From: Cirrosporium novae-zelandiae
Lineage: Eukaryota
Reading direction: 5' to 3'
Assembly (NCBI GenBank): GCA_026023565.1
Contig: JAPETS010000006.1
Location: 124,001-188,000, forward strand
Length of the DNA: 64,000 nt
In this document: positions 24,804-37,721 of the stretch, in pieces
Position numbering within the stretch: the stretch's first letter is position 1
How the letters are laid out: every line of letters starts with the position of its first letter
Program-made: the position numbers and the translations under genes
The notes under the pieces: model-generated
Seen by the model: the letters and a program-made list of their open reading frames with translations, nothing else
What the model was told of the DNA's origin: nothing
Databases searched by the model: none

Positions 24804-25583
24804 TCTGAGAAGATGGCGATGTTCGCTTTGAAGATAATGGGTTGAAAGTCGAGAGCGATTTGTTGGGTGATGATGATGATGATGATGATATCAGAGACGT
24901 GTTTCACCTGGCACGAATTAGCTAATGTCGCGGGGTCTCGTGACAGTCAGAAGTAATTAAAGTATTAAAGTTCATTTACTGTGGTATCAGGCGAAATAGT
25001 CCCTAGTACAAACTTAAATTATAATTTCCTCTAACCATATGAGGCAGTCACCATACTAAACATCGCCTAGCGGTTATTTGAAGTAGTTAAATTCCGCGTG
25101 TAACAGCTCCACCGTATTACTCTTGTCGCTTGAGCTGACTTTGGACTACTTTTCTCTCCTCCAGCTCCTTGTTATCTTCGTGTTGACAATCAAAACCTCT
25201 GTGGACTAGTTTATAGATCTAGGGATTATTTCGCCTGATACCACAGTAATCCACCACTACCACTACCAACCACCACCACCATGGAGGAACTGACAACACC
25301 GTTAACTGTGGTAATATTTTCTGAGTAGATATACCATATGTCGGCGAACCAAACCTAGAGCTAGAACTCGCCCTAGCTAGGCGCTATAGCACCTTCTCTG
25401 ATGCGATGATGTTTGCTGAGCTGAAACTACCTTCTCAATAATGCATCAAAAGAACAAAGCCTAAGATGGTCCAATATCTCATATAATTCATCCTATCCTT
25501 GTCCTATGATAAGAATAATTTAAAGGCAATACGCCTTGATCTAGAAATCCTACTTGACTCGGCCAACACTTTCAAGCTTCATT

Positions 25584-26438
25584 ATGGCCACCTTTTTCAG
25601 TGTTAATAATGGTACCGAACTAGCCTCAGACCGTGACGAATCCAGATTTGATCGCAAGTTTAGTCCTGAGGTCTCCGAAGAGATGGATGCTGATGGTAAT
25701 TTTCTACGCCTGAGCGAGCTCGAAGAGGAATGGGTTTTTCCAGTATGTAAAAAGAAGGGATCCGATGACCTCATTCGGATAGATAAAACATTCATTCGGA
25801 TGGACCAAATATTCATTGCAGTCTATGGCATTTGTAGGGGCCAAAGCCACGCGAGATATATCACACAATCTCCATCCTCGTTCGTTGGAGTTTACTTCTC
25901 GTCTTTCAATCCTTTCAATCTTAGCATGCGTTTATATGATCGTGCACCAACACCAGAAAAAGTGGAGCTGGCGGCCTGCATTTACGCGCTTAGACAGGTA
26001 AAGCATCTTAAGAGGTTCACGTTCGGTGAAGAACCCGAAACAACGAGGATGGTCGAAGAATTTAGCGTCTTATCTCATGTTGAACCGTTTTCTAAGATCA
26101 AACCCCTGACTAGAGTTATCATCAAGTCAAGCTCGGAGGATGTAGTGAAGGGCATGACGGAATCGGTCTTCACGTGGCGCTGGAATGGATATAGGAATCC
26201 CCATAGGAAAAAAATCACAAATAGTGATTTATTCAGGCAGCTTGATATGCTGGTTGAGGACCTGAACATGATGGGGGTCGAAGTTAAATTCTGGCACGTT
26301 CCTAAGGCTTCGAATAAGGGTGCTGAAATGCTTGCAAAAAAGGCCTCGAACTACGAATTCCAGTCGGATATTATGATGGGTGGACGCATCCTAAGACTTC
26401 ATACTAGAGTTTTGACTTTTGGCAACCTAATCTGCTAG
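25584..26438 (+). CDS. RNase H1-like fold protein with substituted catalytic residues
   Basis: IFIAVYGIC, VGVYF, KVELAACIYAL, VIIKSSSEDVVKGMTE, WRWNGY, NSDLFRQL and VKFWHVPKASNKGAEMLAK follow the RNase HI pattern. The start codon and 3' end are uncertain. Confidence 0.75.
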   Translation: MATFFSVNNGTELASDRDESRFDRKFSPEVSEEMDADGNFLRLSELEEEWVFPVCKKKGSDDLIRIDKTFIRMDQIFIAVYGICRGQSHARYITQSPSSFVGVYFSSFNPFNLSMRLYDRAPTPEKVELAACIYALRQVKHLKRFTFGEEPETTRMVEEFSVLSHVEPFSKIKPLTRVIIKSSSEDVVKGMTESVFTWRWNGYRNPHRKKITNSDLFRQLDMLVEDLNMMGVEVKFWHVPKASNKGAEMLAKKASNYEFQSDIMMGGRILRLHTRVLTFGNLIC

Positions 26439-26603
26439 CACTACCTCGAGGAGATATATATTATGTCACCTGTAATACCGCAGGTAGATGAAGCTGATTT
26501 ACGAGGAACGGAGGATAAGTGGAGGGGTGAACTAATAACTTGAGAGCTAGATTTTAAAAAGGTTAAATATGTGTTCTCCCCTACACTTTGTCCTTCATTG
26601 TCC

Positions 26604-27771
26604 CTACTCAGTCCGAATCACTATCTTTCCTACAGCCTGCTGTTTCATCAAGGCTCGGAAGGCATCCTTAGCTTCAGCCCATGGATATGTTTGTGCGATT
26701 ACCGGATGGATATCATGCTCCTCGACCATTTCCACCAGTTTTTCTAGGTGTGCTTTGGCGATGCCGAGCACCCCTCGTACTGCAAACACATGCTCAGTAT
26801 ATTGTTTTGTTTTAAATTGTGGTCATGTCTTCTATAGAAATAAAAAACGAGACAAAAAAAAGTGGAAACTCACTAATCTTCCCCCCAAACAGAATATCCG
26901 GCACCAAATCCTCCTTCTTCCCCTCCGTTAACACCCCCACAACACTCACTGCCCCACCTGTTCTCACAGCTGCAAGACTCTGCTTAATGGTCCCCGACCC
27001 GCCAACATCAACGACAAAATCCACGCCTTTCCCTCCCGTAACCTTCCTAGCCTCAACCTCCCATTCAGGCGTCTTCCTATAATTAATCAGATACTTAGCC
27101 CCCAACCTCTTCGCAATCTCTAATTTTTCATCAGAGCTACTTGTCGCGACGACCGTCGCCCCCGCCGCAATAGCCAGCTGAATCGCCCAGCAACTCACGC
27201 CGCCCGTTCCCTGCGTTAGTACCACGTCGCCCCTTTTCACTACTACAGGACCGAAGAATAGTGCGTGCATTGCCGTTCCCCCCGCTACGGGCAACGTGGC
27301 AGCTTCCTCTGGAGTCAGGTTCCGCGGCATGCGGACGAGGTGAGAGTCATGTACGATTTTATACTGTGTCAGCATTCCGGCTGTGGTGCCCACGCCGCGT
27401 ACGCTCTGCAGGTCCATGTCGCGGATATCGGTGCCGTGTAGCCAGGAGGTGTTTTGTGTCATGATGACGGGGGTGTGCGGGACCCATTTGGAATCATGGG
27501 AGTGATTTTGGGCGGGGGATACGACGGTGCCGGCGCCATCGTTGCAGGGTATTAGACCTTTGGATGGTGGGATGGGATAGGCGGGGGAGGAGGAAATCTG
27601 GAGGAGGTCAAGGTAGTTGAGGGCGATGGCGGAGAGGCGGATGAGCGAGTGGTTTGCGGGGATGGTGGTCGGGAGGGAGATTTCCGTTAGATGGAGGGCG
27701 TCGAGGGCTTCTAGGGAGGTTGGGGAAGATGACGGGGTGGGGAGGGGGTGGATTTCATATGCTTCAGGCAT
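26604..27771 (-). CDS. Medium-chain dehydrogenase/reductase (zeta-crystallin-like, NAD(P)-dependent); intron 26873-26780
   Basis: ALNYLD, PCNDGAGTV, EEAATLPVAGGTA, Rossmann motif VLTQGTGGVS, INYRKTPEW, GVDFVVDVGG and C-terminal GKIVI. Confidence 0.9.
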
Positions 27772-28234
27772 TTTCAAGATGGTGGAAAGGGGGCTTCCCG
27801 AAATGTTATAATTGATGTAGATGTTTGAGAATATCGCTCTTTCTTTAACAAAGGTGAAATCCTTTCATTTTGTCCTCATATTACAGTTTGTTTTTTATAC
27901 GGTTTTCTCCCTTATCCTCGCTACAAAAAGCAATTGATTTATAATCACTGATCCTTAGCTTTTCCAAGCTCCTAAATGCACGATTATAAATCATTCCCTG
28001 TCGAAGGTAGAAATATGACGACAATGCCTGGTGTTAGATCTAACGTTTCTTATTCAAATTCAAGTTCGCAGCCTATTATTAGACATGTGTAAACAAAAGT
28101 TGTACCTACCACCTAACGACACATCATGTCTGGATATCTCAATGCCCTAAAACGCCGTCGCTAATCTAGAGCAAATAACCCCCAATTCATAATCCTCATT
28201 TCTCTTCCTTTTTGCTCTTCTTAATATTATATCA

Positions 28235-31200
28235 TCAGTCGAAGAGCACCTTAACGATTTCATCCAACAGAGTATACGCTAAATGCGTATTCAACCTCGC
28301 ATTGTTCATTGTCGCAAATATCTTACGACTTGCTGCTTGTGCATTGGCTCTTCCTACTACATTCCCGGCCATGTCCGGAACTAGAGTTGCTAGCATGAAA
28401 CCAGCTTCTCTTCTACTCTTGACTTTGTCCGAGGGAGTGCGAACTTTGGTTTCGCGTGGTGTTTCACCGTTGTTGGGCCACATGGTATCTTTTACCATGT
28501 CTAGATATTTAAGTATAGAGTCCTCTTTAGCTAGGTCCTTAGCATTATCACGAACTTTACGTTCGATTGTCCCACCAAGGAGTTGATGGAGCACAACTAC
28601 AACGGCACGACCACGAAGCCAATTGTTACCGCGGTTGAGTTCGAAAATTTCGAGGAAGATGTCACAGATGGGCTTGACGAAGGGCTCAAGTTCACGATTT
28701 TCAAAGGCGTTAAGTTCTGCTTCTGCTTCGGCAGTACCTATTGGGTCTTCAGGCAATGTGGAAGGTAGTGTGCTAAGATGGTTTGTCGCAGCGGAGATGA
28801 GGTTCTGTCCCGCGATAGAAAGTTGGTCGAGGACAGGAATGTTTCCGAGGAAATCATCCATCCCATCTGTGACGGAGTTGTAGATTCGGGTGATGATGTC
28901 TTGGGTACCTTGGTTTCGATCACGATCATCAGAGGCTATGATGGCTTGCTGGGAGAGGAAGGCTCGGAGATCCCGACTTCGGCAGACTTCAGGTAATCGA
29001 AGTAGCGCTTGAAGGTAATTTTGTAATGCGTCACGCCGTTTGTGTAAGAAATCCTTTTGCAACTTCATCACCATACGCCGTCTTGGAAACTCAAGGCCCC
29101 GAACCGAAGGATAGCATGCTCGTAATCTTGCATGAAGTTCGTGAAACTCACTATACCGTCGGGCAATCACCCAAGATGCAGCTGACATTTGTTCTCCAGC
29201 CTTGCGCTGTACTTCGATCATATATAACGCAAATTCCTTTCCGTCATCCTCCTTGCCGACCATGATCTTTTTAATCCTGACTGACGAGCGACCATACAAA
29301 CTATTGTCGCTCTCTTGAACGATATATTGTTGGCGTTGTAACTCTTTTCGACGAATCTCACGTCTCAAACTGGCTTTCGATTTGCTCAAGATTCTTAGTT
29401 CAGCCGCGTTATTGGTCAATTCCGCCTTTTTAGTTAGGGCGTCAACGACCGCTTCCTGGGATGTTAAGCGTTCAATATCACTGGTTAAAGCGGCTATTGC
29501 CTCGACTAAACCTAAATCTCCTGGAGCAGCTTCATGTATTTCGTCTTCAGGCTCAGTTTCCTTCTCTGGTTGCACTGGATCGGCATGCTCATCTTCTGCA
29601 AACTTTTCCTCGTCCTCAAATAAATCGTTGTCAGAGAAGACGCCGATACGTGATGAAGTATTAACAAGACCTAAAGAAGCCAGGCTAGGTTTGTGCTTTT
29701 CTTTGTCGGAGGAGCTCATTTCTGACCGAAGCTCTGATCGAGATAACTCCATTGAACTCTTGGGCGAGTCTTGTTCTTGATATGAATTACTCAAACTTGG
29801 TTCCCGATAGCTAAAGATGGAATCCTTAATTTCATCCTCTTGGTCTTGAGGGTCAGTGATAATACTGTTCAGGGCTGCTTCCATTGCTTCGACGACTTGG
29901 GTTTGTGCATGGTCTTCACTATCCCCATTCCGTGAGCCATTTCCCAAGCTTGCAGTTGAATGTGCTAAGGGGTCTGTGTCATATTCGTCATCAAATAGTG
30001 GTGCCGAGGTATTGTTGTCAAGAGATCGTCGCTGCTGGCCAGACTGTTCAGAAGGCTTCATCGATCGAATATCTGTGGAAGAATAGGCACTACGGGGGAG
30101 AAATGACACCCTTGAGGAGCTGCGTGGCAACATTCTTGCCGTTGTCTTTCGTGAAATAAGACGGGGTCTGTCATCCTGGGAGGGTAGTTCAGTAATTGGC
30201 TTCACAGGAAGTGTGGACAGTATTGCCGTTTCATCAGTCGTAAGGTATTTGTAGTATAAATCTGATTTCTTGAAACCTGGAAAATAATTGTTTGTGAGTT
30301 CTTCTAAGACTGCTGTTTGTGACTTTAAGATAGCACTCCGCGCCTTTCGATATTGTAAAGGTGTAGCATGACGCCCAGTCTTTAAGAATGCTCGTACAGC
30401 CGCTCGTGATTGTTCAGGCACCTTAAGTTCGGGTTTAGATAGATAAGCCTCATTTATTTGAGCAACATCCATTCGTTCTGAATTAGTCCACTCAGGAAGA
30501 CCTTGAGAGTCCTCCTGATCAACAAAATCGCTCTCCAGGGGATTACGAAAGCCGTCTACCACTATCCAAAACTGAACAAGCGACATGAGCTGTTGACGAT
30601 CCATATACTCCATGAAATAGGAAAGACCAGCTGCGTTGTGCATGATTTCCACGAGAGATACATTGGCTTGATGACCACTTTCGCTTCCATTTCTGAACTC
30701 TGGGGGGATGGACGACTTCGATGATTGCCTACCGGTACTACTTAACTTGGCCACTCGTTGATCGAGGACTCTTTTTCCAATTTCTAGCCGTCGGAGGTAG
30801 ATTGGATCTTGCCCTTCCACGAGAGATTCCCTTTTCAGTTGGCTGGATACTTCACTTCTCATCCTGCGAGCATCTGAAAGATTGTTAGCTTGTCGAATAG
30901 CTCTAATAAATCTTTCAAATTGCCGCTCAGAGTCACCAGCGGAAAGTCTCGGAAATGAGACCCTAGGTTCGGAAGATTTGGGATTAGGAGATGCATGCTC
31001 ATCCAAAGCGGCGCGTAGCTTCCGAACCGTCTTTCTATCTTGTAGAGCAGCTCGAGCCTTGCAGATAATAGTTAGTAAAAACTTTGTAGCACTTACGAAA
31101 ATACTTACATATCCTTCCATGAGCTGGTTCCAGGTATCGGGATCGGACAGCATCTGCATGATCGGGAAAAGAACAGAACAAGCAACTATCTCTTTGATGA

Positions 31201-31969
31201 GTACCGATACGGCTCTGCTCCTGATCAACTCGCCCGGAAGTATCTGAGGCAACAGTCTCACAACAATTTTTCGCAGATGGTCTTGCTGTGCGAGCTTGAG
31301 ATCTGAGAAGGACAATGAAGCGGCAGCATGGAGTTTTCCATCTCGGTATTTTGAAGCAATGGCAACGTCCAGCTCTTCCGATTCTGTAACATTACGATTG
31401 AGATTCTTGCCCCTGACGAGTCTCTCTGCTTCACCAAAATCCTTGAGATGGTTGGTAATGATAGGCACAAGCCTGGACACCCCAATCTCAGCTAAATCCA
31501 GAGCTTCCAATCGCCCCACGATACTATATATCGCCATCCGGATTGCTGTATCGATATGCTTTCTGAATCGAGGGCTTTGGCTGATGCCTCTGTACCATGA
31601 TGTAATATAATCACGCTGAACCAACTCCAGAATGTTATCAAGCTTATCAGAAATCACAAAGGATGAAGGATATAAAGCTTTCTTTCTGTAAACTGCACTG
31701 GCCTTCCAGGAAGCAGTCTCCGTTTGCCATGTTTCTGGTTCAAGGAATTTGACACACTGGAGTCTTGGTGGGGTATTATAGGTATCTTGGGAGTTAACGA
31801 GCTTCGAAGATAGTAGTATCAAAGCTGTGATGGCCAGGAGAGCTGTTATGAATCCAAGGGTAAAGGCATAGCCGATGAAACGAAGGAAAGGGAGCTCTTT
31901 CACAGCGAGACCCCAAGTAATGAAAGCGACGGTACCCGCAAGGATCACATCTCGACGGCTTAGGGCCAT
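28235..31969 (-). CDS. MDM1: PXA-RGS-PX-Nexin_C sorting nexin (Mdm1/SNX13-like); in-frame intron 31108-31058
   Basis: Two N-terminal TM helices, PXA (RDYITSWYRGIS), RGS (GLSYFMEYMD...LVQFW), PX (RRYSEFHELH...FP) and Nexin_C (IFELNRGNNWLRGRAV). Confidence 0.9.
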   Translation of the reverse strand: MALSRRDVILAGTVAFITWGLAVKELPFLRFIGYAFTLGFITALLAITALILLSSKLVNSQDTYNTPPRLQCVKFLEPETWQTETASWKASAVYRKKALYPSSFVISDKLDNILELVQRDYITSWYRGISQSPRFRKHIDTAIRMAIYSIVGRLEALDLAEIGVSRLVPIITNHLKDFGEAERLVRGKNLNRNVTESEELDVAIASKYRDGKLHAAASLSFSDLKLAQQDHLRKIVVRLLPQILPGELIRSRAVSVLIKEIVACSVLFPIMQMLSDPDTWNQLMEGYVSIFVSATKFLLTIICKARAALQDRKTVRKLRAALDEHASPNPKSSEPRVSFPRLSAGDSERQFERFIRAIRQANNLSDARRMRSEVSSQLKRESLVEGQDPIYLRRLEIGKRVLDQRVAKLSSTGRQSSKSSIPPEFRNGSESGHQANVSLVEIMHNAAGLSYFMEYMDRQQLMSLVQFWIVVDGFRNPLESDFVDQEDSQGLPEWTNSERMDVAQINEAYLSKPELKVPEQSRAAVRAFLKTGRHATPLQYRKARSAILKSQTAVLEELTNNYFPGFKKSDLYYKYLTTDETAILSTLPVKPITELPSQDDRPRLISRKTTARMLPRSSSRVSFLPRSAYSSTDIRSMKPSEQSGQQRRSLDNNTSAPLFDDEYDTDPLAHSTASLGNGSRNGDSEDHAQTQVVEAMEAALNSIITDPQDQEDEIKDSIFSYREPSLSNSYQEQDSPKSSMELSRSELRSEMSSSDKEKHKPSLASLGLVNTSSRIGVFSDNDLFEDEEKFAEDEHADPVQPEKETEPEDEIHEAAPGDLGLVEAIAALTSDIERLTSQEAVVDALTKKAELTNNAAELRILSKSKASLRREIRRKELQRQQYIVQESDNSLYGRSSVRIKKIMVGKEDDGKEFALYMIEVQRKAGEQMSAASWVIARRYSEFHELHARLRACYPSVRGLEFPRRRMVMKLQKDFLHKRRDALQNYLQALLRLPEVCRSRDLRAFLSQQAIIASDDRDRNQGTQDIITRIYNSVTDGMDDFLGNIPVLDQLSIAGQNLISAATNHLSTLPSTLPEDPIGTAEAEAELNAFENRELEPFVKPICDIFLEIFELNRGNNWLRGRAVVVVLHQLLGGTIERKVRDNAKDLAKEDSILKYLDMVKDTMWPNNGETPRETKVRTPSDKVKSRREAGFMLATLVPDMAGNVVGRANAQAASRKIFATMNNARLNTHLAYTLLDEIVKVLFD

Positions 31970-32612
31970 AATCTGATGGCTGCAGCGGTGTGGAGAATCG
32001 ACATGGTGGGTGCTCGAATAAGTCGAGCAGCCACCGTGCTTATGCAATTATATTGAAATATTCTTCCTTTAAATTCATATTCTTTTTCGCAGTATCATAA
32101 TCAAGACTGACTCTCTTTGGGCTTTGGGCAGTAGCTTACGACACTGTTCTTCCTAATCCCGAGGAGCACTAAAACAGTGCATGGTCACACCTAGCAAACA
32201 AACCAAACAAACAAACCAAACTAAATCAGCCTAGATCAAAATAAACTCCTAATTTGTACAGTACTTTAGCGGGCGTGAGCGGTAGTGCCAATGTCGGAAA
32301 CAATTTTGTCCGACTTAGCTATCATTGGCTGTAAGTCATCTAAGCATTTCGTCAAAGCAGGTCGGAAGCGAGTCAGTTGCAGCAACTTGCAGGTCTCGAG
32401 AGAATTCAAAGTCCTTGGGCTTCTACCCCTACCGTTCGCTTCTAATCTTTCCTCATACTCCATCTTACGGGTCAGAGAGACACATTCTATTACCATATTC
32501 CATTTACGATCTAAATGACACATCCAATCCTATCAACTCTTCAGTTTCTCTATGAATCAACCCTGACCAGCTAGACGACCTTGGACTTTCTTTCGCAGAT
32601 CCACTTCTCGAC

Positions 32613-34466
32613 ATGGCTGCTCAAGCTGCCCTTATCGCCGAGACAATAGAAGGCATGAAGAAAAGGATCAGAAGGGAAGAGGACTGTATGTTCTACTTCA
32701 TATGTCTATTAATTTTATGCACTTTCCTATGAGCTCTTTAACTGATTTGCTTGCTGTTTAGCTTCTGGTTCTGACACAACTATTGACCAACCTACCAACC
32801 GTGGAAATAAGCTGAAGAAACATGCCCGCTATATTCGCCGAGGTCAGTTGCTTCCAGCAGATGGTCTTAGAGTTAACAAGAAGGTAAGTGGGCCAAAACA
32901 CTTGTGTTCTTCCACATTGTGATTTATTGGACACGAGTACTAATCAAATCCATGAAATAGAAGGTTAATTACGCGGGTTACGATCGATACATAATCAGTC
33001 GCAATCCTAAAAGATATGATACGGATGGCGACGAACTGGAGGATGACGAGGAGGATGAGGAAGCTGACGCTGCTGCCCTCGAGGAGAACCCCTACGGAGA
33101 CATCCACCTAGAAGGTCCGTATATATAATACACCTCGGGAGCGGCAATAATTCCTGCGACCCTGATATTTTTTTGAATAGGCAATACTGATTATTGTACT
33201 CCAGAGCTCCTAAAACCATTGACTAGCGCTGCTGAATTACCCACCCATCCTTCTCTTTCTGAGCCCTATCGCTCCAATGTTTTGACCGAAATGGCTATCA
33301 ATGCTCGTGCGACTCTACACAAGGAACAAGTTTTACTATGGCGGATGAAGGGCTTGATGACGAGATTCCGAGGAGATGACCCTTGGGTACCCTGCAATGA
33401 ATTCGAAACCGAAGAGGATCAGGACATATTTGGGCCCTTGCCAGAGATTCTCGCACCACCAAACACGAACCCTCGTCCTTTCGTTTATGATTTTGATGAG
33501 AAGCTTCCCGACGCGCCTAACGAGGGTAATGGCAATGGCTCGCAAAATACGCATGACACTATGAATGGTGGCATTCTAAAACTTAACTTAGAGCATCCAT
33601 CACAAGAGCCCAGTGGAACAGCTTCTGATGCAACTGCTAAAGCGAGCACTGAAGATGTTACTATGAAAGATGTTACAGATAGAGCAGCCCATGAAAACGA
33701 AGATAACATTGGCAATCAAAAAGATCCCCAGGACCAAGGCAATGAGGTTAGTACTGTAGATCACAATAACTCGAATGGGACCTATCTCGGCGAATTAGCA
33801 AATGGCGACAGTTCAAAACTTGATTATAGCCCTGCCAATTCACACGAAACCAAAGACCCCGAGAGTCTATCCACGAAGCAAAATGGTGGCCCTACAAGGG
33901 AATCCTTGACTGTTGAGGGAACAGTTGAAACCAAAATGGAAGATATAAACGATGCATCAAACCATGAGGATGATGACCACAGTGGCTCAGAAGAAGACTC
34001 CCAGCCCACAGTTCATCGCATGACAACCCGCGCGCAAGCCCAAGCAGCCTCCGACAAGACCGTCTCTTCCACCCATGAACGTTCGCCTTCCATTACATCC
34101 GACGCCTCCATTCCCGTAGATCCCCTCTTTCTTATACCCCCCTCCTGCAGGCCCGATCGCGATTTTGACATGCACCCAAATCTCGCCGAAGACCTGCGCG
34201 GAATTCTAGCAATGTTTGTTCAAAAACAAGAAGAAGTCGTCCGAGGAGCAGAACAGTTATATGAAAGTCTCATGAAGGCGGATAGGTTGAAAGCGCAGGT
34301 ATTAAGGTGGTGCAAGTCGGATGGTCATGTCGGAGAAATGAGTGATGGGGAGGATTGGTATGACAAAGATGAGTGGGGACTAGAAGAGGACCTGAAGAAA
34401 GGCATCGACGAAGAAGAGTTGGAGGCAGAATCACATGCAAAAAAAACCAGACGGGGAAGAGGCTAG
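32613..34466 (+). CDS. RXT2: Rxt2-like subunit of Rpd3L histone deacetylase complex (multi-exon)
   Basis: MAAQAALIAETI..MK, TNRGNKLKKHA, ENPYGDIHLE, LKPLTSAAELPTHPSLS and C-terminal HVGEMSDGEDWYD. GT-AG introns lie at about 32686, 32884 and 33114. Confidence 0.85.
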
Positions 34467-34897
34467 AGTTATAACCGGGAGTCAAAAAATAAGAAGTGGG
34501 GGAGAATCAGATCTTTTACATATGGTTTGGCTTTTTAGACGGTTCTGAGCTTGAAGATATAGGAGGCATTGAACATGGTTGTTCGGGCAGCATTGATCCC
34601 GAATGCGTGTATTATTCCATCTCTCTTTTTGATCTTTGATTACTGGCGAGATATTCTCACCACCGGGGTATTTCTAAAAAACAAACCAGAACCATGCAAG
34701 ACCTTTTCTCTAGTCCTAGTAGGCGACAGAGGGTTGAAAACTTCGCCTTTTCTCAAGTCAAATGACCCACCCATTTTTATATCCTCATTCATGCAACCAT
34801 TCATTCATGAAACCAAGGCGTTGAAGCCAATATCAAAATATACCACCCCCCTTCTATCTCTTCACCGCCAACCCCCCCCTTTCACACCCCCTCTCTA

Positions 34898-35815
34898 CTA
34901 CTCTTTCTTCGCCCTCTCCCTCTCCCGTTTTTCATATATCATACCCGTAAACGGATCCTCAAACCTTAACGCCACCAAATAAACCAGCAACACCTCCACA
35001 GTCAACAGCACCCCAGCCCCCTTCCCAAACCACAACGCGGTCCCCAAAAAGCTCATTGTACTCCCATAGTACATCGGGGCGCTACACACGCTAAACGGAA
35101 ACCCGGTCACCATATCATCCATCAAGATTCCAAAGTAATCACCCAGGTACGTTCCCGTGATCCCGAGTGTGTACATGCTGGTGAGCACGAGGGTATTGCC
35201 GACGGCGAGGAGAAGTAGCGAGAGCGGCACTGTGAGCGGGGAGGTGGCAAGGTAGGGGGACGGTGGCTGTGTGCGTAGGGCGCGCTCGTAGAGGCTGTCA
35301 CGGAAGAGGCCCAGGAGGAATATCGCTACGGCCAGGGCGTAGCAGCCCTGGTGGGGGGAGCCGAAGGTTCGCGTTAGGATGTGTTGGTGGTATTCTAGGA
35401 TAGGAGGAGGGGTTAAGGTGCGGGTGGACGGAGAGAGAGAAAGAGTGCGGGGGGAGGGGGAAAAGTACCTAAGCGGGCCATGCAACTGCCGGGGGGAAAG
35501 AGAAGTATTAGTATTAGTTATATTGACATTTTGATCCTAACTAAATGATTGGGAATAGGGGAGACGTACTTCCAAAAAATTGGATTGAATGCAATACATC
35601 CCGCGGCGACTATGTCACTTTATCAGCTCCCTGGAACTGTCGTCGTCGTCGCTACATTGCATTGCATTGTATTGTGCTCTCATCCCTCTTGCCCAGAACT
35701 AGGCAGGCAGGCAGGCAACGAGAGTGAGTCTAGCAATTGAGAGTTTTTACTTACCCCAGAAACTGGGCTGGCTGAAGTTAACCGGGAATTGGTCTGGGCT
35801 CAAGAACTTTGACAT
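34898..35815 (-). CDS. OPI3: Phosphatidyl-N-methylethanolamine N-methyltransferase (multi-exon, includes 17-nt micro-exon 35485-35469)
   Basis: IAFNPIFWN, ARLEYH, LGITGTYLGDYFGILMD, TGFPF, PMYYGST and FEDPFT. Confidence 0.93.
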
Positions 35816-36290
35816 TTTTGCTGCTGTGGTTGAATTGATGTTGCCTCGTTAATGGAGATTTCTTCTTTTTGTTGGGAAATTCGGAGATGGGGTGGGGGAG
35901 GAATCAGAAATACACGAAAAGCAGCTGAAAATCATTCTGAAAATGAGGGATGACGTTTTCACCGACGAGGGGGGGTCGGGGCTCAGGTCATCTACACAAC
36001 AATTAGGCACGAAAGTATACCGTATGCTGAACAAAGTGCTACCACTACGAGATAGACTAGTCTACATCAAACTTCCACAGATTTTCATAACATATTTTCA
36101 TTTCATTCATTTCGTCTATGACCATACATTTCAAGACGTTTTTAACCGGGGGCAAAAGTCAGTGAGTTTCTGCAGTCACATCCTTTCGCATTGCGTTTAT
36201 CATATATGTTCCTGCTTCCCATTGACCAAGCCGAGCCTGTTCAAAATACAATCTAATTTTCACCCTTTGATTTCATTTCCAGAATATCAT

Positions 36291-37721
<1,431 letters not shown>

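Noticed and set aside
25554..26438. Retrotransposon remnant (RNase H domain)
   Set aside because: There are no RT, integrase, gag or LTR sequences nearby, and the motif pattern is that of cellular RNase HI-like proteins.
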